This document shows, one piece after another, positions 9,990 through 20,307 of a stretch of 43,428 nt of DNA. Made by a program: the position numbers and the translations under genes. Source of the stretch: a virus (taxonomy: Duplodnaviria; Caudoviricetes); IMG/VR virus record IMGVR_UViG_3300017766_001361, positions 1 through 43,428 of that record. One strand, 5' to 3'. The notes under the pieces are model-generated. The model was not told where the DNA came from. It worked only from the letters and a program-made list of their open reading frames with translations, and did not search any database. The stretch's first letter is position 1, and every line of letters begins with the position of its first letter.

Positions 9990-10955
9990 ATGGCTTATTC
10001 TCATTTTCAAAATGGTTTTTCTAACGGCGTAACGCTGCGCGGATTGCCATTGCAACAAGTTCAGCCCGGCAAAGTCTGTTTCGTTGGCAACTCTACCACT
10101 GTAGTTGAAGGCGGTATTGGTGGCTCAAACGGTAACAAAGGATCATATCAACAACCATTCGGCACTCTTGATTATGCAATTGGTCGCTGCACTGCTGGCC
10201 GTGGCGATGTTATTTTTGTTTTACCGGGTCACGCTGAAACAATATCTAGCGCTACCGCACTGAATTTAGATGTTGCTGGCGTTGCGATCATTGGGTTAGG
10301 TGTTGGCACTTCTCGCCCAACATTTACGCTTGATACCGCTACAACCACAACTATTCCCGTAAGTGCCGCGAACATCACGGTATCAAACTGTGTATTCACT
10401 GCTAACTTTGCGGATATTGTTTCTGTATTCACTTTGACTACCGCTAAGAATTTCTGCTTGGACAATGTGTTTGTGAAAGCAACCTCTACTAACATGAACT
10501 TCTTGTATGTAATTGATACCGATGCAACCACTGCTAACGCTGACGGTTTAACTGTTATCAATTGCGAGTGGATTGAGCCTGACACAGCTACTTTGTCATT
10601 TGTTAAGTGTGACGGCACAAACGACAACTGGTATTTCCAAGACGGCTATCTAGGTTTGGGTGTAAACAACAACAAAGCGGCGTTGATCGAAATTGCGGCT
10701 GGTAAGATTCTTACCAATGCGATAGTAGATGGCGTGTCTGTTTACCGCTTGAACACTGATACCGCTACCGGTGCGCTGTTGATTACAACCAACGGCACTA
10801 CCAATACCGGTATTATTCGCCACTGCCACTTGCAGCATGCGGATACTGCTGGCGAGTTGATTGTGACTGCATCCTCTGGCTTTGGTTTCATTGACAACCG
10901 CATGTCTGGTGTTGCTGGCGCTTCTGCTTACTTATTGCCTGCTGCTGATAGTTAA
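9990..10955 (+). CDS. putative virion protein with beta-helix-like domain
   Basis: AGGAG RBS; PFGTLDYAIGRC..GRGDVIFVLPGHAE resembles pectin-lyase-like N-termini. Confidence 0.65.
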   Translation: MAYSHFQNGFSNGVTLRGLPLQQVQPGKVCFVGNSTTVVEGGIGGSNGNKGSYQQPFGTLDYAIGRCTAGRGDVIFVLPGHAETISSATALNLDVAGVAIIGLGVGTSRPTFTLDTATTTTIPVSAANITVSNCVFTANFADIVSVFTLTTAKNFCLDNVFVKATSTNMNFLYVIDTDATTANADGLTVINCEWIEPDTATLSFVKCDGTNDNWYFQDGYLGLGVNNNKAALIEIAAGKILTNAIVDGVSVYRLNTDTATGALLITTNGTTNTGIIRHCHLQHADTAGELIVTASSGFGFIDNRMSGVAGASAYLLPAADS

Positions 10956-10961
10956 TAGTCT

Positions 10962-10980
10962 GGGGGTGTAAGCCCCCTTT
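10962..10980 (+). terminator. intrinsic terminator (short U tract)
   Basis: GGGGGT-GTAA-GCCCCC-TTT. Confidence 0.7.
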
Positions 10981-11000
10981 AACCCATTCAGGAGTAGAGC

Positions 11001-11612
11001 ATGAATTTTCAGAAAACATATACACCCGCAGACGCGAACCTTACGGGGTTTGCTTCTAACGTAACAGGCGCAGCGTTTACGCTAACTGCTTCAACAAGCG
11101 GCGATTCTTTAGCACATCAAGTTTCTATTCGTAATGATTCGGCAACGGATCACAGCGGTAAAACCGTTACGTTAGTTGGCACCGATCACTTAGGCCGTGC
11201 GTTAACTGAGATAGTAACCGGCCCTGCTGGTTCCGCTACGGTTGAATCTACCGGTTATTTCTTGACTCTAACTAGTGCTACACCTTCTGCAACTATTGGC
11301 GCAGATACCTTTGATATCGGCTGGGTTGATGAGTTCTTAACACCGGCCATTCCAATGGACTGGCGCGCTGGTGTTGGTGCTTTGCTTGTTACTATTACGG
11401 GCACTATTAGTGTTGATTTGCAGTCTTCAAACACTGACATAAACGGCACCACTACCACGCCTTCATGGTTGGTTGATTCAACGGCAAATACGGCGTTTAC
11501 AGCTAGCCAATGGTGTACGTTCAATTCAACACCTAGATTCATTCGCATTAAAGCTAATTCTTATTCGTCTGGCGCAACCGTGAAGCTCGAATATGCACAA
11601 GCGAATAGCTGA
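11001..11612 (+). CDS. putative virion structural protein
   Basis: AGGAG RBS; T/S/A-rich beta protein in the structural operon. Confidence 0.65.
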   Translation: MNFQKTYTPADANLTGFASNVTGAAFTLTASTSGDSLAHQVSIRNDSATDHSGKTVTLVGTDHLGRALTEIVTGPAGSATVESTGYFLTLTSATPSATIGADTFDIGWVDEFLTPAIPMDWRAGVGALLVTITGTISVDLQSSNTDINGTTTTPSWLVDSTANTAFTASQWCTFNSTPRFIRIKANSYSSGATVKLEYAQANS

Positions 11613-11838
11613 TGGTGATTACCAAGTCAGATGTGATTACAGTGGTTTTAACTGTTTACGCAGCGAATGCGTTATAATGTGGAATGGGCTTTTAGTTCGC
11701 AGGGATTTTGCAGAACTAGAGCGCCACCCGCAAGACAATATACCTGTAGCAAAAGAAAAGCCGTTTAAAGGCGAAGTTAGAAACGAACAGGCGGATCCGC
11801 CACTCGACCCTTTGATAACAGTAGATCAAATGATATGA
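11593..11838 (+). CDS. small conserved phage protein
   Basis: CDYSGF...WNGLLV...ERHPQD motif; overlaps both neighbours. Confidence 0.7.
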   Translation: MHKRIADGDYQVRCDYSGFNCLRSECVIMWNGLLVRRDFAELERHPQDNIPVAKEKPFKGEVRNEQADPPLDPLITVDQMI

Positions 11839-12752
11839 GTACGGGTGTATACGCCAAGACTGCCGGAGATTTAATCCGTGATGCGTTGCGAGCTGCAACT
11901 ATTACGGGTATTGCCTTACCTGTTGACCCTTCTGACTTTGCTCAAGGTGAAACAGCGCTAAACGATATTCTGCTAAATCTGCAAACAAAGAAAGTACATA
12001 TCTGGTCTGAGACCGAGGCTGTAATTCCTCTTAATGCTGACCAGCAGAAATACACTTTCGGCACCGATCACGCATTCACCGATTACGTTTACACCACGGC
12101 TAGTGCTGCGATTGCTGGTGCGACCACTTTAAACGTAGTTAGCACAACCGGAATGACTACGGGTGACAATATCGGTATTGAGCTATCTACCGGCGTTCGC
12201 CAATGGACTATTTTAACCGTAGTTGATGGTGACACCGTAACGCTAGGCGCTGCCCTATCTGCTGCCGTTGATGATCTTGCCAGTGTGTACACTTACACTA
12301 CAGGTATTGACCAGCCAATTAGAATAGAAAGCGTGCGCTATGCCGATAACTACACGGCTAACGAAATCAGCACCGATGGCGTAGCGCGAGACACTTACTT
12401 CAACCAATCAAGTAAAGACGCTACTGGCTCGGTTAATAGCTGGTATTTCTCTCGTAAGTTGGATGTTGGCGAGCTTTACGTTTGGCCAGTAGCTAACGAT
12501 TGTAAAAGTCTATTAAGAATCACATTCTTAAAGCCACAATATATTCCAGAAGATCAGAGCGAGAATATTCTCATCCCGCCTGAGTGGTATATCGCCCTTA
12601 AATTTAAGCTGGCGGCTGATTTGGCTATCACTTACTCGGTGGATGCCAATAAGCAGATGATGCTGGAACAAAAAGCCGCCATCTATTTGAAAGACGCAAT
12701 GGAATCTGATGATGATAGCGCGCCATTTCAGTTTTATCCGAGGTTTCGTTAA
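11835..12752 (+). CDS. head-tail adaptor (P22 gp4-like position) with inserted beta domain
   Basis: TAGDLIRDALR...ALNDIL..LQ N-terminus; LYVWPV and IPPEWYIALKFKLAADLA C-terminus; precedes nozzle gene. Confidence 0.7.
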   Translation: MSTGVYAKTAGDLIRDALRAATITGIALPVDPSDFAQGETALNDILLNLQTKKVHIWSETEAVIPLNADQQKYTFGTDHAFTDYVYTTASAAIAGATTLNVVSTTGMTTGDNIGIELSTGVRQWTILTVVDGDTVTLGAALSAAVDDLASVYTYTTGIDQPIRIESVRYADNYTANEISTDGVARDTYFNQSSKDATGSVNSWYFSRKLDVGELYVWPVANDCKSLLRITFLKPQYIPEDQSENILIPPEWYIALKFKLAADLAITYSVDANKQMMLEQKAAIYLKDAMESDDDSAPFQFYPRFR

Positions 12753-14224
12753 TGCCTCGCACTAAACTACCAATTGCTAAAGGTTTCAACCGTGACGAAT
12801 CGCTCACGGTGGCCGCGATTGACTGTGTAAACCTATTCCCGCATATCCCTCAAGGCAAGACCGTTGAGGATGGTGTGTTGTTTGGTGTTGCTGGCATTGA
12901 GCAGGTAACAGATACAGCCGTGAATGCGTTCAACCGTGGCGGCACGGCAATGGCTGGCATTCCGTACTTTGTATGTGGCGACAAACTCTATAACGTGACC
13001 TATACAACTGATTTGGCGGGGGTGCGCACTTACACAGCTAATGACGTAAGCGGGGCTGAGACAATCAATGGAACGGCTAGAGTCTTTTTTTCTAATAACG
13101 GTGTTCAGCTTGTTATTGTGGCGCCTGATTACGCTAACCAGTTTAACGCATGGGTTTACACCGTTGCAGGTGGGTTGGTGCAACTTACTGATGCTGATTT
13201 TGATGGTCCGGTTGCTGGTGTAGATTATTCATACGGTTACTTTCTATTTGCTAAAGCAAGTTCTAATAAGTGGTTTCAGTCTGATTTAAGAGATGGCGAA
13301 TCATACATAGCTACTGACTTTACAATAGCCGAGTCCGACCCAGACAACATAGTAGTTATTAAGTCTCTTAATGGCTTGGTTTACGTGTTCGGCACCACAA
13401 CGATGGAGCCTTATCAAAACATTGGCGGGGCTGGCTTCCAGTTTCAAACTATCCCTTCGGCAATTCAGCAAAAAGGCTGCACTGCACCGCACTCAATTGT
13501 TGAGCTAAACGGCAACTTGATGTGGATAGGGGCGGGTGTTAATGAGCAACCTGCTATCTATGCGTCAAGTGGTGGCTTGCCTGAAAAGCTATCTAGCGCA
13601 GCTATCGATAACCTGATTTATCAGGGCGGAATAACTCAGCTACAAAACGCCTACGCGATCAAGTGGGCTGAGCGCGGTCATTCGTTTGTTTCGATTACTG
13701 TTCCTAGCGTTTGCACCATTGTTTATGACGCTGTTACAGGTCTATGGCATGAGCGCAAAAGTGTTGATAGATTCTACCAGCCGCAACCGTGGCGCGTTAC
13801 CTCAATGGTTGATGCTTACTCTGTGCGATTGGTTGGTGATGAGCTAAGCGGTGTTATTGGCTTGATGAGTGAGGGCACTTTTTACGAATACGGTGATGAA
13901 ATTCGCTCTTACTTTACAACCGAAGCAATAGAAAACAGCGGCAAGCCTTTTAGTGTTTCACAGGTTCAATTGCAGATGGAAACCGGCACTAACCCCGTAA
14001 CCGGCCAAGGTTCGGCACCTGTGGTGCGCATGAGTGTATCGAAAGATGGCGGCATTACCTACTCGCCCGAGATATCACGCGAGATGGGTTCAACTGGTGA
14101 TTACTATTCAGCTATATCATGGCCTGCGCTTGGGCGTTACTCACGTTCAGCGTGTTTTAGATTTGATATAAGCGAGCCTATTAAAAAGGTATTTTCGCGT
14201 CTGGAGGTAGAAATTGGAGCTTAG
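12752..14224 (+). CDS. DNA stabilisation/tail nozzle protein (P22 gp10-like)
   Basis: 490 aa; AESDPDNIV, VFGTTTME, GH.F, YDAVTGLWHER, SKDGG.T.S, W..LGR motifs. Confidence 0.85.
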   Translation: MPRTKLPIAKGFNRDESLTVAAIDCVNLFPHIPQGKTVEDGVLFGVAGIEQVTDTAVNAFNRGGTAMAGIPYFVCGDKLYNVTYTTDLAGVRTYTANDVSGAETINGTARVFFSNNGVQLVIVAPDYANQFNAWVYTVAGGLVQLTDADFDGPVAGVDYSYGYFLFAKASSNKWFQSDLRDGESYIATDFTIAESDPDNIVVIKSLNGLVYVFGTTTMEPYQNIGGAGFQFQTIPSAIQQKGCTAPHSIVELNGNLMWIGAGVNEQPAIYASSGGLPEKLSSAAIDNLIYQGGITQLQNAYAIKWAERGHSFVSITVPSVCTIVYDAVTGLWHERKSVDRFYQPQPWRVTSMVDAYSVRLVGDELSGVIGLMSEGTFYEYGDEIRSYFTTEAIENSGKPFSVSQVQLQMETGTNPVTGQGSAPVVRMSVSKDGGITYSPEISREMGSTGDYYSAISWPALGRYSRSACFRFDISEPIKKVFSRLEVEIGA

Positions 14225-14414
14225 GCCAATTGATAGGAACCAACCAATTACGGATGATAAATTCAGGCCATTGCAAAACTTGCATATATTTTGTACGCAA
14301 GTTAGAAAGTTATTGTTGGACCTGTATAATGGTGCTACTTCTGGCAGCTTCTCACTAGATGACGGATCGGCTAGCGCCGATGGTTCTTTTATATTCGATG
14401 AAGGTGGCGCATGA
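14214..14414 (+). CDS. small tail-associated protein
   Basis: 66-aa ORF coupled to nozzle and fibre genes. Confidence 0.55.
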   Translation: MELRPIDRNQPITDDKFRPLQNLHIFCTQVRKLLLDLYNGATSGSFSLDDGSASADGSFIFDEGGA

Positions 14415-16327
14415 CTATTCAATTAAGACGCGATACAGCGGCAAATTGGGCAAGCGTTAATCCAGTTTTAGCATCTGGTCAGCCTGGCTACGACACCACA
14501 AATAAAATACTAAAAATCGGCGATGGTGTTACGGCATGGGCGTCCCTTACTGGAATTGGTACTGGCACAGGTTCGGTATCATCGGTAAGCGTTGCAACGG
14601 CTAACGGTTTCTCTGGCAGTGTTGCCAATCCTACTACCACGCCGGCCATAACAGTTTCCACAAGCGTAACCGGTATATTAAAAGGCAATGGAACCGCTAT
14701 TTCTGCCGCTGTAGCGGGCACTGATTATCTTACACCTACAGGTAATGGATCTGGGCTTACTGGAATAACATCAAGTCAGGTGTCTGGAGTTGAGGTTACA
14801 TCGAATAAAGATGCGAGCAATGGCTACACAGGACTTACTCTATTTAAGATTAACTTCAAGAATGCGCTCGACACTTTTACATCTTTCTTTACAAACTCTA
14901 ACACAGCAGCTAGAACCTACACATTCCAAGATCGTGATGGAACAATAGCGGACGGTACGGATTTAGCATTAAAAGCTGATCTTGCATCGCCTACCTTCAC
15001 CACTCAGGCAACATCGCCAATTGTTTACGGCTCATCTTCTGCTTCTGGTGACTTAACTTTAGGGTCAACAAGCAACGCCACAAAAGGCAGAGTGCTTATT
15101 GGCTCATCTATTTATGATGAAGTGAACAATAAGTTTGGCGTGGGAGTTGGTACGGGTAACTTTGCTGCTGCTTTGGACATAGTTTCTCTCGGTAATGCTA
15201 CAACGTGCCTAAGATTCCAAGATAAAACAACAAGGATTCCTATTCTTAATTTGGAGCAAGGAGCTTCTGGAAACTGTAACTTTCTTTTTTATAACACTTC
15301 GGCGGATTGCACAGTAGTTTTAGCGGCTGGGACTGGACAGGCTTCTTTTCAGGGAGGAGCTGCTATCGGTATGCGTAAAGCCGGAGCAGTGGCTGCTGGT
15401 TCAGCGGTCGATGTAGTTGGGGTAGGTGGTGTGAACTGCATAAACACTACAGGCATCACGCTAGCTGCCGAGTCTCTTACAAACGGCGCATTAACATCTG
15501 GCACATCATGGACTGCTTCTGGGGATGCTTCACTGACTGGAGGCCAAGCTGTTTTCACATATTCCACAGGTGCTTTGTCATTCATCAACCAAACCACTGC
15601 GGCAATGGCAATAGCGTTGAAGTCAAACACTTATTACTGTTTTACAATGACGATAACTGGTGCGACTGCAAACGCTAATGGATACACACAGGTAACGTTA
15701 ACTGATGGAACAAACCAATCAACTTTTGTCGCTTACAACAGGTCTTTAGTTTTCTACTTCAAAACCAAAAGTGGTCCTACGCAATTTAGGTTAACTGCAA
15801 CTCTAACATCTGGGCAAGCGTTCACAATTGACGATATTTCATGCAAAGAAGTTACGAGCGGTGGGTTATATACTGGCGGCGGTAGTAATGGTTTAAACAT
15901 TATGCCAGACGGTCGTTTGTACGGGACTGCGCTGCACAATAATGCTGGCGCTGTAACTGGCGCGACAAACCAATATATTGCATCAGGAACGTACACCCCC
16001 ACGCTCACGAACGTCACAAACGTAGCAGCTTCAACGGCACGATTGTGCACCTGGACTAGGGTCGGCAATTCTGTTGAAGTTCGCGGACAAATAGACATCG
16101 ACTTAACAACGACACTTCTAGCTTCTGAAATAGGCGTTAGCCTGCCCATCGCGTCCGCTTTCACCACGGCCTACCAATGCGGGGGGAGTGCTGCGGCAAT
16201 AGCATTTCAGGCTAACTGGGCGATACAAGCGGATGCCACAAATGACAGAGCTAAATTCAGTGCCACGGGGATATCAAGCGTGACCAATGACACATACACA
16301 TTCAACTTTGGTTATGAAATCATTTAA
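14411..16327 (+). CDS. tail fibre / receptor-binding protein with Mtd-N-like attachment domain
   Basis: IQLRRDTAANWASVNPVLASG.PGYDT...KIGDGVTAW N-terminus; G/S/T-rich shaft; GTYTPTL..WTRVGNSV C-terminal domain. Confidence 0.8.
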   Translation: MTIQLRRDTAANWASVNPVLASGQPGYDTTNKILKIGDGVTAWASLTGIGTGTGSVSSVSVATANGFSGSVANPTTTPAITVSTSVTGILKGNGTAISAAVAGTDYLTPTGNGSGLTGITSSQVSGVEVTSNKDASNGYTGLTLFKINFKNALDTFTSFFTNSNTAARTYTFQDRDGTIADGTDLALKADLASPTFTTQATSPIVYGSSSASGDLTLGSTSNATKGRVLIGSSIYDEVNNKFGVGVGTGNFAAALDIVSLGNATTCLRFQDKTTRIPILNLEQGASGNCNFLFYNTSADCTVVLAAGTGQASFQGGAAIGMRKAGAVAAGSAVDVVGVGGVNCINTTGITLAAESLTNGALTSGTSWTASGDASLTGGQAVFTYSTGALSFINQTTAAMAIALKSNTYYCFTMTITGATANANGYTQVTLTDGTNQSTFVAYNRSLVFYFKTKSGPTQFRLTATLTSGQAFTIDDISCKEVTSGGLYTGGGSNGLNIMPDGRLYGTALHNNAGAVTGATNQYIASGTYTPTLTNVTNVAASTARLCTWTRVGNSVEVRGQIDIDLTTTLLASEIGVSLPIASAFTTAYQCGGSAAAIAFQANWAIQADATNDRAKFSATGISSVTNDTYTFNFGYEII

Positions 16328-16339
16328 CAGGGGAGCAAA

Positions 16340-16531
16340 ATGACACACGAAGTAGAAGTTGTAGACGAAAACACAGTTCGACTTACCGAGTCAGTTTCGA
16401 CAGTGACTGAGTACGATATCCCAACACTACAAGAACAGCGAGCTAGGCTTGTTGAGTGGACTGCAAAGTATGTCGATGAAAGAAATGCGGAAATTGCAGA
16501 GATCGACCGTATTTTAAATATTATTTCTTGA
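16340..16531 (+). CDS. small hypothetical protein (possible fibre chaperone)
   Basis: GGGGAG RBS; 63 aa after the fibre gene. Confidence 0.6.
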   Translation: MTHEVEVVDENTVRLTESVSTVTEYDIPTLQEQRARLVEWTAKYVDERNAEIAEIDRILNIIS

Positions 16532-16543
16532 TTGGGGGTTGGC

Positions 16544-17125
16544 GTGAATAACTTTTTAAAGATGAGTGATGGCGCAAACGTTATGCCTTTATTGCTTGCT
16601 ATTCATAGGCTAGAAAAATCTCATGGCGCATGGAAAGAAGACACATATCTGCGCGATTACCCGCAAGGCCCATTTGGTGATACCGACTCAATTATTCTTA
16701 GGTTTCCAACTAGAAGCAATCAAGAAACAAAGGATGCGATAATCGGAAAAATAGAAGGTTTTGACCAGCATGAAAACCATGACCAGCCTGTATTTAAACT
16801 ATTACCAGAGGCGCGCCAGTTAATTTTCACGCTAATGGCATTCGTTAATGGCGAAAGGCTTGGACGCTGCATAATCAACAAAATTAAGTCTGGCGGAGTT
16901 ATCTATCCTCACTGTGATGGCGAAGAGCATGCAAATTATTGGGATCGTTTTCATATCGTTTTGAGTTCTAGCGCTGGGTGTAACTTTAGGTGCGGAGATG
17001 AAATAGTGCATATGAACCAAGGCGAGGTATGGTGGTTCAACAATAAAGTCGAGCATGAAGTTATAAATAACTCTGCCGATGACAGAATCCATTTGGTTAT
17101 AGATATTAGGACAAGCAAACCATGA
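16544..17125 (+). CDS. 2OG-Fe(II) oxygenase, aspartyl/asparaginyl beta-hydroxylase-like
   Basis: IYPHCD (HxD), RFHIVL, GEVWWFNNKVEHEVIN, RIHLVIDI; GTG 16544 preferred over TTG 16532. Confidence 0.85.
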   Translation: MNNFLKMSDGANVMPLLLAIHRLEKSHGAWKEDTYLRDYPQGPFGDTDSIILRFPTRSNQETKDAIIGKIEGFDQHENHDQPVFKLLPEARQLIFTLMAFVNGERLGRCIINKIKSGGVIYPHCDGEEHANYWDRFHIVLSSSAGCNFRCGDEIVHMNQGEVWWFNNKVEHEVINNSADDRIHLVIDIRTSKP

Positions 17126-17577
17126 TTACAGCGCAAATCGAAAGCTTCGAGAAAACACTTGGCGAGTTTAGTCCGCTATTCCCAATGCACTATGAAGAGC
17201 TGGCGCTTAACAAAGACAAAATTCCGCTTGATCCTCAATACGATGTTTATATTGCTAGAGAGCAAAGAGGTGAGCTGTTGTTTGTAACGCTGCGAGAGCT
17301 TGGAAAGCCAGTTGGCTACTTTATTGGATTCATAAATCCAGCGCTACATTACAAAACATGCCTAACTTGCATAATGGATATTTTCTATGTGTCACCTGAG
17401 TATCGTGGCAATGGTGGCGGTAAATTATTGTTTACGTTTGTCGAGAAAGAACTAAAAAGACGCGGTGTTGATCGGTGGTTTGTTGGATCAAAATTACATA
17501 AGGATTCTAGTTGGTTATTCGAGCATCTTGGGTTTGAAAAAGTAGAGATTTATTACTCTAAATGGCTGGGAGATTAA
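17122..17577 (+). CDS. GNAT-family acetyltransferase-like protein
   Basis: DIFYVSPEYRGNGGGKLL acetyl-CoA motif A, LFEHLGF. Confidence 0.85.
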   Translation: MITAQIESFEKTLGEFSPLFPMHYEELALNKDKIPLDPQYDVYIAREQRGELLFVTLRELGKPVGYFIGFINPALHYKTCLTCIMDIFYVSPEYRGNGGGKLLFTFVEKELKRRGVDRWFVGSKLHKDSSWLFEHLGFEKVEIYYSKWLGD

Positions 17578-17578
17578 T

Positions 17579-18103
17579 ATGGTTGCGGCAGCAGTAATAG
17601 GTTCGGCTGTAGTTGGTGCGGCAGCTTCAAAAAGTGCATCAAAGTCAGCAGCAAAAGGGCAAGAGAAAGGCTTGGCTGCATCTAATGCCATGTCCCAACA
17701 AGCCATAGGCCAAGCCAAAGACTATTTCAACATTGGTCAGCGTTCGGCACAGGCTGGATTCCAAAGCGCATTGGATTTTTTCAAGAATACTCAGCCCGCC
17801 AAATATGAGCCAATGATTCAAGGCAATGTGGCCGCTCAACGAGTTATAGGCCAAGGTGCGCAGCAGGCTAACAACGCGATTCTAGGGCTTCCGGTTGATA
17901 TGTCATTCGCTAATCAGCAAACCGCCATACAACCTAATTACTCAGCGATTCAAAGCGCGCAGATTCCAATGTCGTACAGTCTGCAAACGGGGCCACAGCA
18001 AACAACTACACAACCACTCACCTGGGAGCAGTCGGCGGAACAGTCAGCGCGTTCATCTCAGCCAAGTGCATACATATTCAGCGGCATGCTGGGGGGTAGA
18101 TAA
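17579..18103 (+). CDS. DNA ejection protein (P22 gp7-like)
   Basis: MVAAAVIGSAVVGAAASKSASKSAA amphipathic N-terminus; first of the ejection cluster. Confidence 0.7.
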   Translation: MVAAAVIGSAVVGAAASKSASKSAAKGQEKGLAASNAMSQQAIGQAKDYFNIGQRSAQAGFQSALDFFKNTQPAKYEPMIQGNVAAQRVIGQGAQQANNAILGLPVDMSFANQQTAIQPNYSAIQSAQIPMSYSLQTGPQQTTTQPLTWEQSAEQSARSSQPSAYIFSGMLGGR

Positions 18104-20307
18104 TGGCATCACCTATTCCAATGCCACAAGGTGCCCGCCTACTAGGGCAGCCAACAATGAGCGCGCAGGTTATGCCTACGACTAGCAGTGCATCCTTACC
18201 GTCTCAGCAAACCCCATATCAGTACGCAGGGTATGGAGCAAAGTACGGACTAGACCAAGCGTCTATTGATGCCGACCCAGCTGCTTTCGGTAAATATTTG
18301 CAGGGCGCGCAAGCCGCAACAAGTGCTGGACAAGGCACATTTCTGAATGGCGGGGCTACATCATTGCTTCCTGCTCAGCAAGCGCCACAAACTGGGTTAA
18401 TAGGCCTCGAGCAAGCTTTAATGGCTGGTCAGTCTGGTTATGAGATGGCTTTGAATCAAGGATTATGGCGATCTACCAACACAATCAACCAAGGATTAGC
18501 TCATGGAACTAATACGCTATATGGCGGCGTGAATCAGTCAAACCAAATGCTAAACCAAGGGTTGACGGGTGCTAATAACTCTATTCTTGGCGGTACGACT
18601 GGAGCTGTTAATGCTATAAATCAGGGTTATCAAGGCGCTACAGGTGCGCTTGCTGGGTTTAATCCTAGCTACAATGCTGCACAAGTATCGCCAATTTATG
18701 CGCAGGGTGTGCAGAATGTTAGCGCGCAAAATTTGCAAAATCAGCCACAGATTAATGCACAGTATTTGCAAAATCAGCCACAGATTAATGCACAGTATTT
18801 GCAAAATCAGCCGCAAGTTAATGCTGTAAGTAATAATTACTCTGCGAATACTGGAGTCGGCTCAAATATAACAGACCCACTAAATCAGGGTGCAGCTAAC
18901 TTTCAAGGCATGCTTGGCGGGGGACAGAATGCGGCAAAATTACAGGCCGATTTAACTGGCGCTAATGGTGTTCCTGCCGCAAATGCAGCCAAAGCGGTTC
19001 TTGCAAACTCACCTGCCATGCAATATCAAATGGAGCAAATGCAGCGCGCAACTGAAAGAAGTGCGGCAGCGAAAGGTGGGGCGCTGGGCGGTAATGTTCT
19101 GATGGAGTTACAGCGAAATGCAGGAGGCATAGCCTCGCAAGATTATCAAAACCAATTTAACAATATGAACACAGTCGCCAACCAAGGTATTAATGCCGCG
19201 AATCAAATCGCAGGTTTAAAATCAACTCAGGCGGGTATCGCAGGTAATTTACAGCAGGCAGGTATTGCGGCAGATGCACAAGCCTCTATCGCGAACCAAG
19301 ATGCTGCAATGCGTTCACAGATAGCTAACCAACAAACAGGTTTGCAAACAGGCTTAGCTAACCAGCAAACAGGTATGCAGGCGCAAATTGCCAATCAAAA
19401 CGTAGGACTGCAAGAAAATATAGCCAATCAAGATGCTGGTATGCGAGCGCAAATTGCCAATCAAAACGTAGGACTGCAAGAAAATATAGCCAATCAAGAT
19501 GCTGGTATGCGAGCGCAAATTGCCAATCAAAACGCAGGATTGCAGACAGGCATGGCAAACCAGCAGGCGGGAATGCAGGCAGGAATAGCAAACCAAACAG
19601 CTGCTAATCAGCAACAAATGTTCACGCAAGAGCAGAAGATAAATATTGCCAGCAAGCTGGCTGATCTTTCAAATATGTACGGTATTAACACGGGCAGCCT
19701 GTTATCGAGCACTGGCAATTTATTGGGCTCGAATCAGCTTAATGTTGTCGGAGCGCAAGCGGGTAACGTATTGGGCGCGGCTGGTAATGTGGCGCAAGCA
19801 CAATTAGGCGCAGCTGATGCTATTGCTAACAACCAGCTAGGCACTAGTCAAATACTTGGCCAGTCTCGCTATACTACTGGCACTAACTTAGCGTCTGGCA
19901 GAACAGCGGCGGGTAATGCTATTGCTCAGAATGCAAGTAACGCGGCTACTAACATCGGTAATCTGTTATCTCAGCAAGGCTTGAATATTTCTAACGAAAT
20001 GGCTAATGACATAAGCACCACCACAAAGCTGATTTATGACTACGGACTACAGGACAAGATTAGCAATGAAAACCTAGCGGCGATGATTGCAAACATAACC
20101 AGCGGCCAAGCCACGAACACGCAGAACGCTTATGCTAATATAGGCGCAGCAAATGCGGCTGGAACTATGGGTGTTGCGAATGCGCTGCAGGGTGGCTTGC
20201 AGATGGGATTGCAAACTGGCTTATTAGGCGGTACTTCTACACCAGCGGCAAACCCATCGTATAGCGGCTTCAATATTGGCTCAAATCAATACGGTATAAA
20301 ACCATGA
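18103..20307 (+). CDS. DNA ejection/pilot protein with 11-residue repeats
   Basis: Q/N/A/G-rich; SPAMQYQ...ERSAAAKGGALGGN..ELQR motif of pilot proteins. Confidence 0.7.
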   Translation: MASPIPMPQGARLLGQPTMSAQVMPTTSSASLPSQQTPYQYAGYGAKYGLDQASIDADPAAFGKYLQGAQAATSAGQGTFLNGGATSLLPAQQAPQTGLIGLEQALMAGQSGYEMALNQGLWRSTNTINQGLAHGTNTLYGGVNQSNQMLNQGLTGANNSILGGTTGAVNAINQGYQGATGALAGFNPSYNAAQVSPIYAQGVQNVSAQNLQNQPQINAQYLQNQPQINAQYLQNQPQVNAVSNNYSANTGVGSNITDPLNQGAANFQGMLGGGQNAAKLQADLTGANGVPAANAAKAVLANSPAMQYQMEQMQRATERSAAAKGGALGGNVLMELQRNAGGIASQDYQNQFNNMNTVANQGINAANQIAGLKSTQAGIAGNLQQAGIAADAQASIANQDAAMRSQIANQQTGLQTGLANQQTGMQAQIANQNVGLQENIANQDAGMRAQIANQNVGLQENIANQDAGMRAQIANQNAGLQTGMANQQAGMQAGIANQTAANQQQMFTQEQKINIASKLADLSNMYGINTGSLLSSTGNLLGSNQLNVVGAQAGNVLGAAGNVAQAQLGAADAIANNQLGTSQILGQSRYTTGTNLASGRTAAGNAIAQNASNAATNIGNLLSQQGLNISNEMANDISTTTKLIYDYGLQDKISNENLAAMIANITSGQATNTQNAYANIGAANAAGTMGVANALQGGLQMGLQTGLLGGTSTPAANPSYSGFNIGSNQYGIKP
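18731..18812 (+). repeat. 33-bp coding tandem repeat (2.5 copies)
   Basis: ATTTGCAAAATCAGCCACAGATTAATGCACAGT; encodes LQNQPQINAQY. Confidence 0.9.
19381..19534 (+). repeat. 66-bp coding tandem repeat (~2.3 copies)
   Basis: Exact duplication encoding AQIANQNVGLQENIANQDAGMR within a longer degenerate ANQ array. Confidence 0.9.

Noticed and set aside
14411-16327. Diversity-generating retroelement suggested by the Mtd-N-like domain
   Set aside because: No reverse transcriptase and no TR/VR repeat pair found; this N-terminal domain is a common attachment module.
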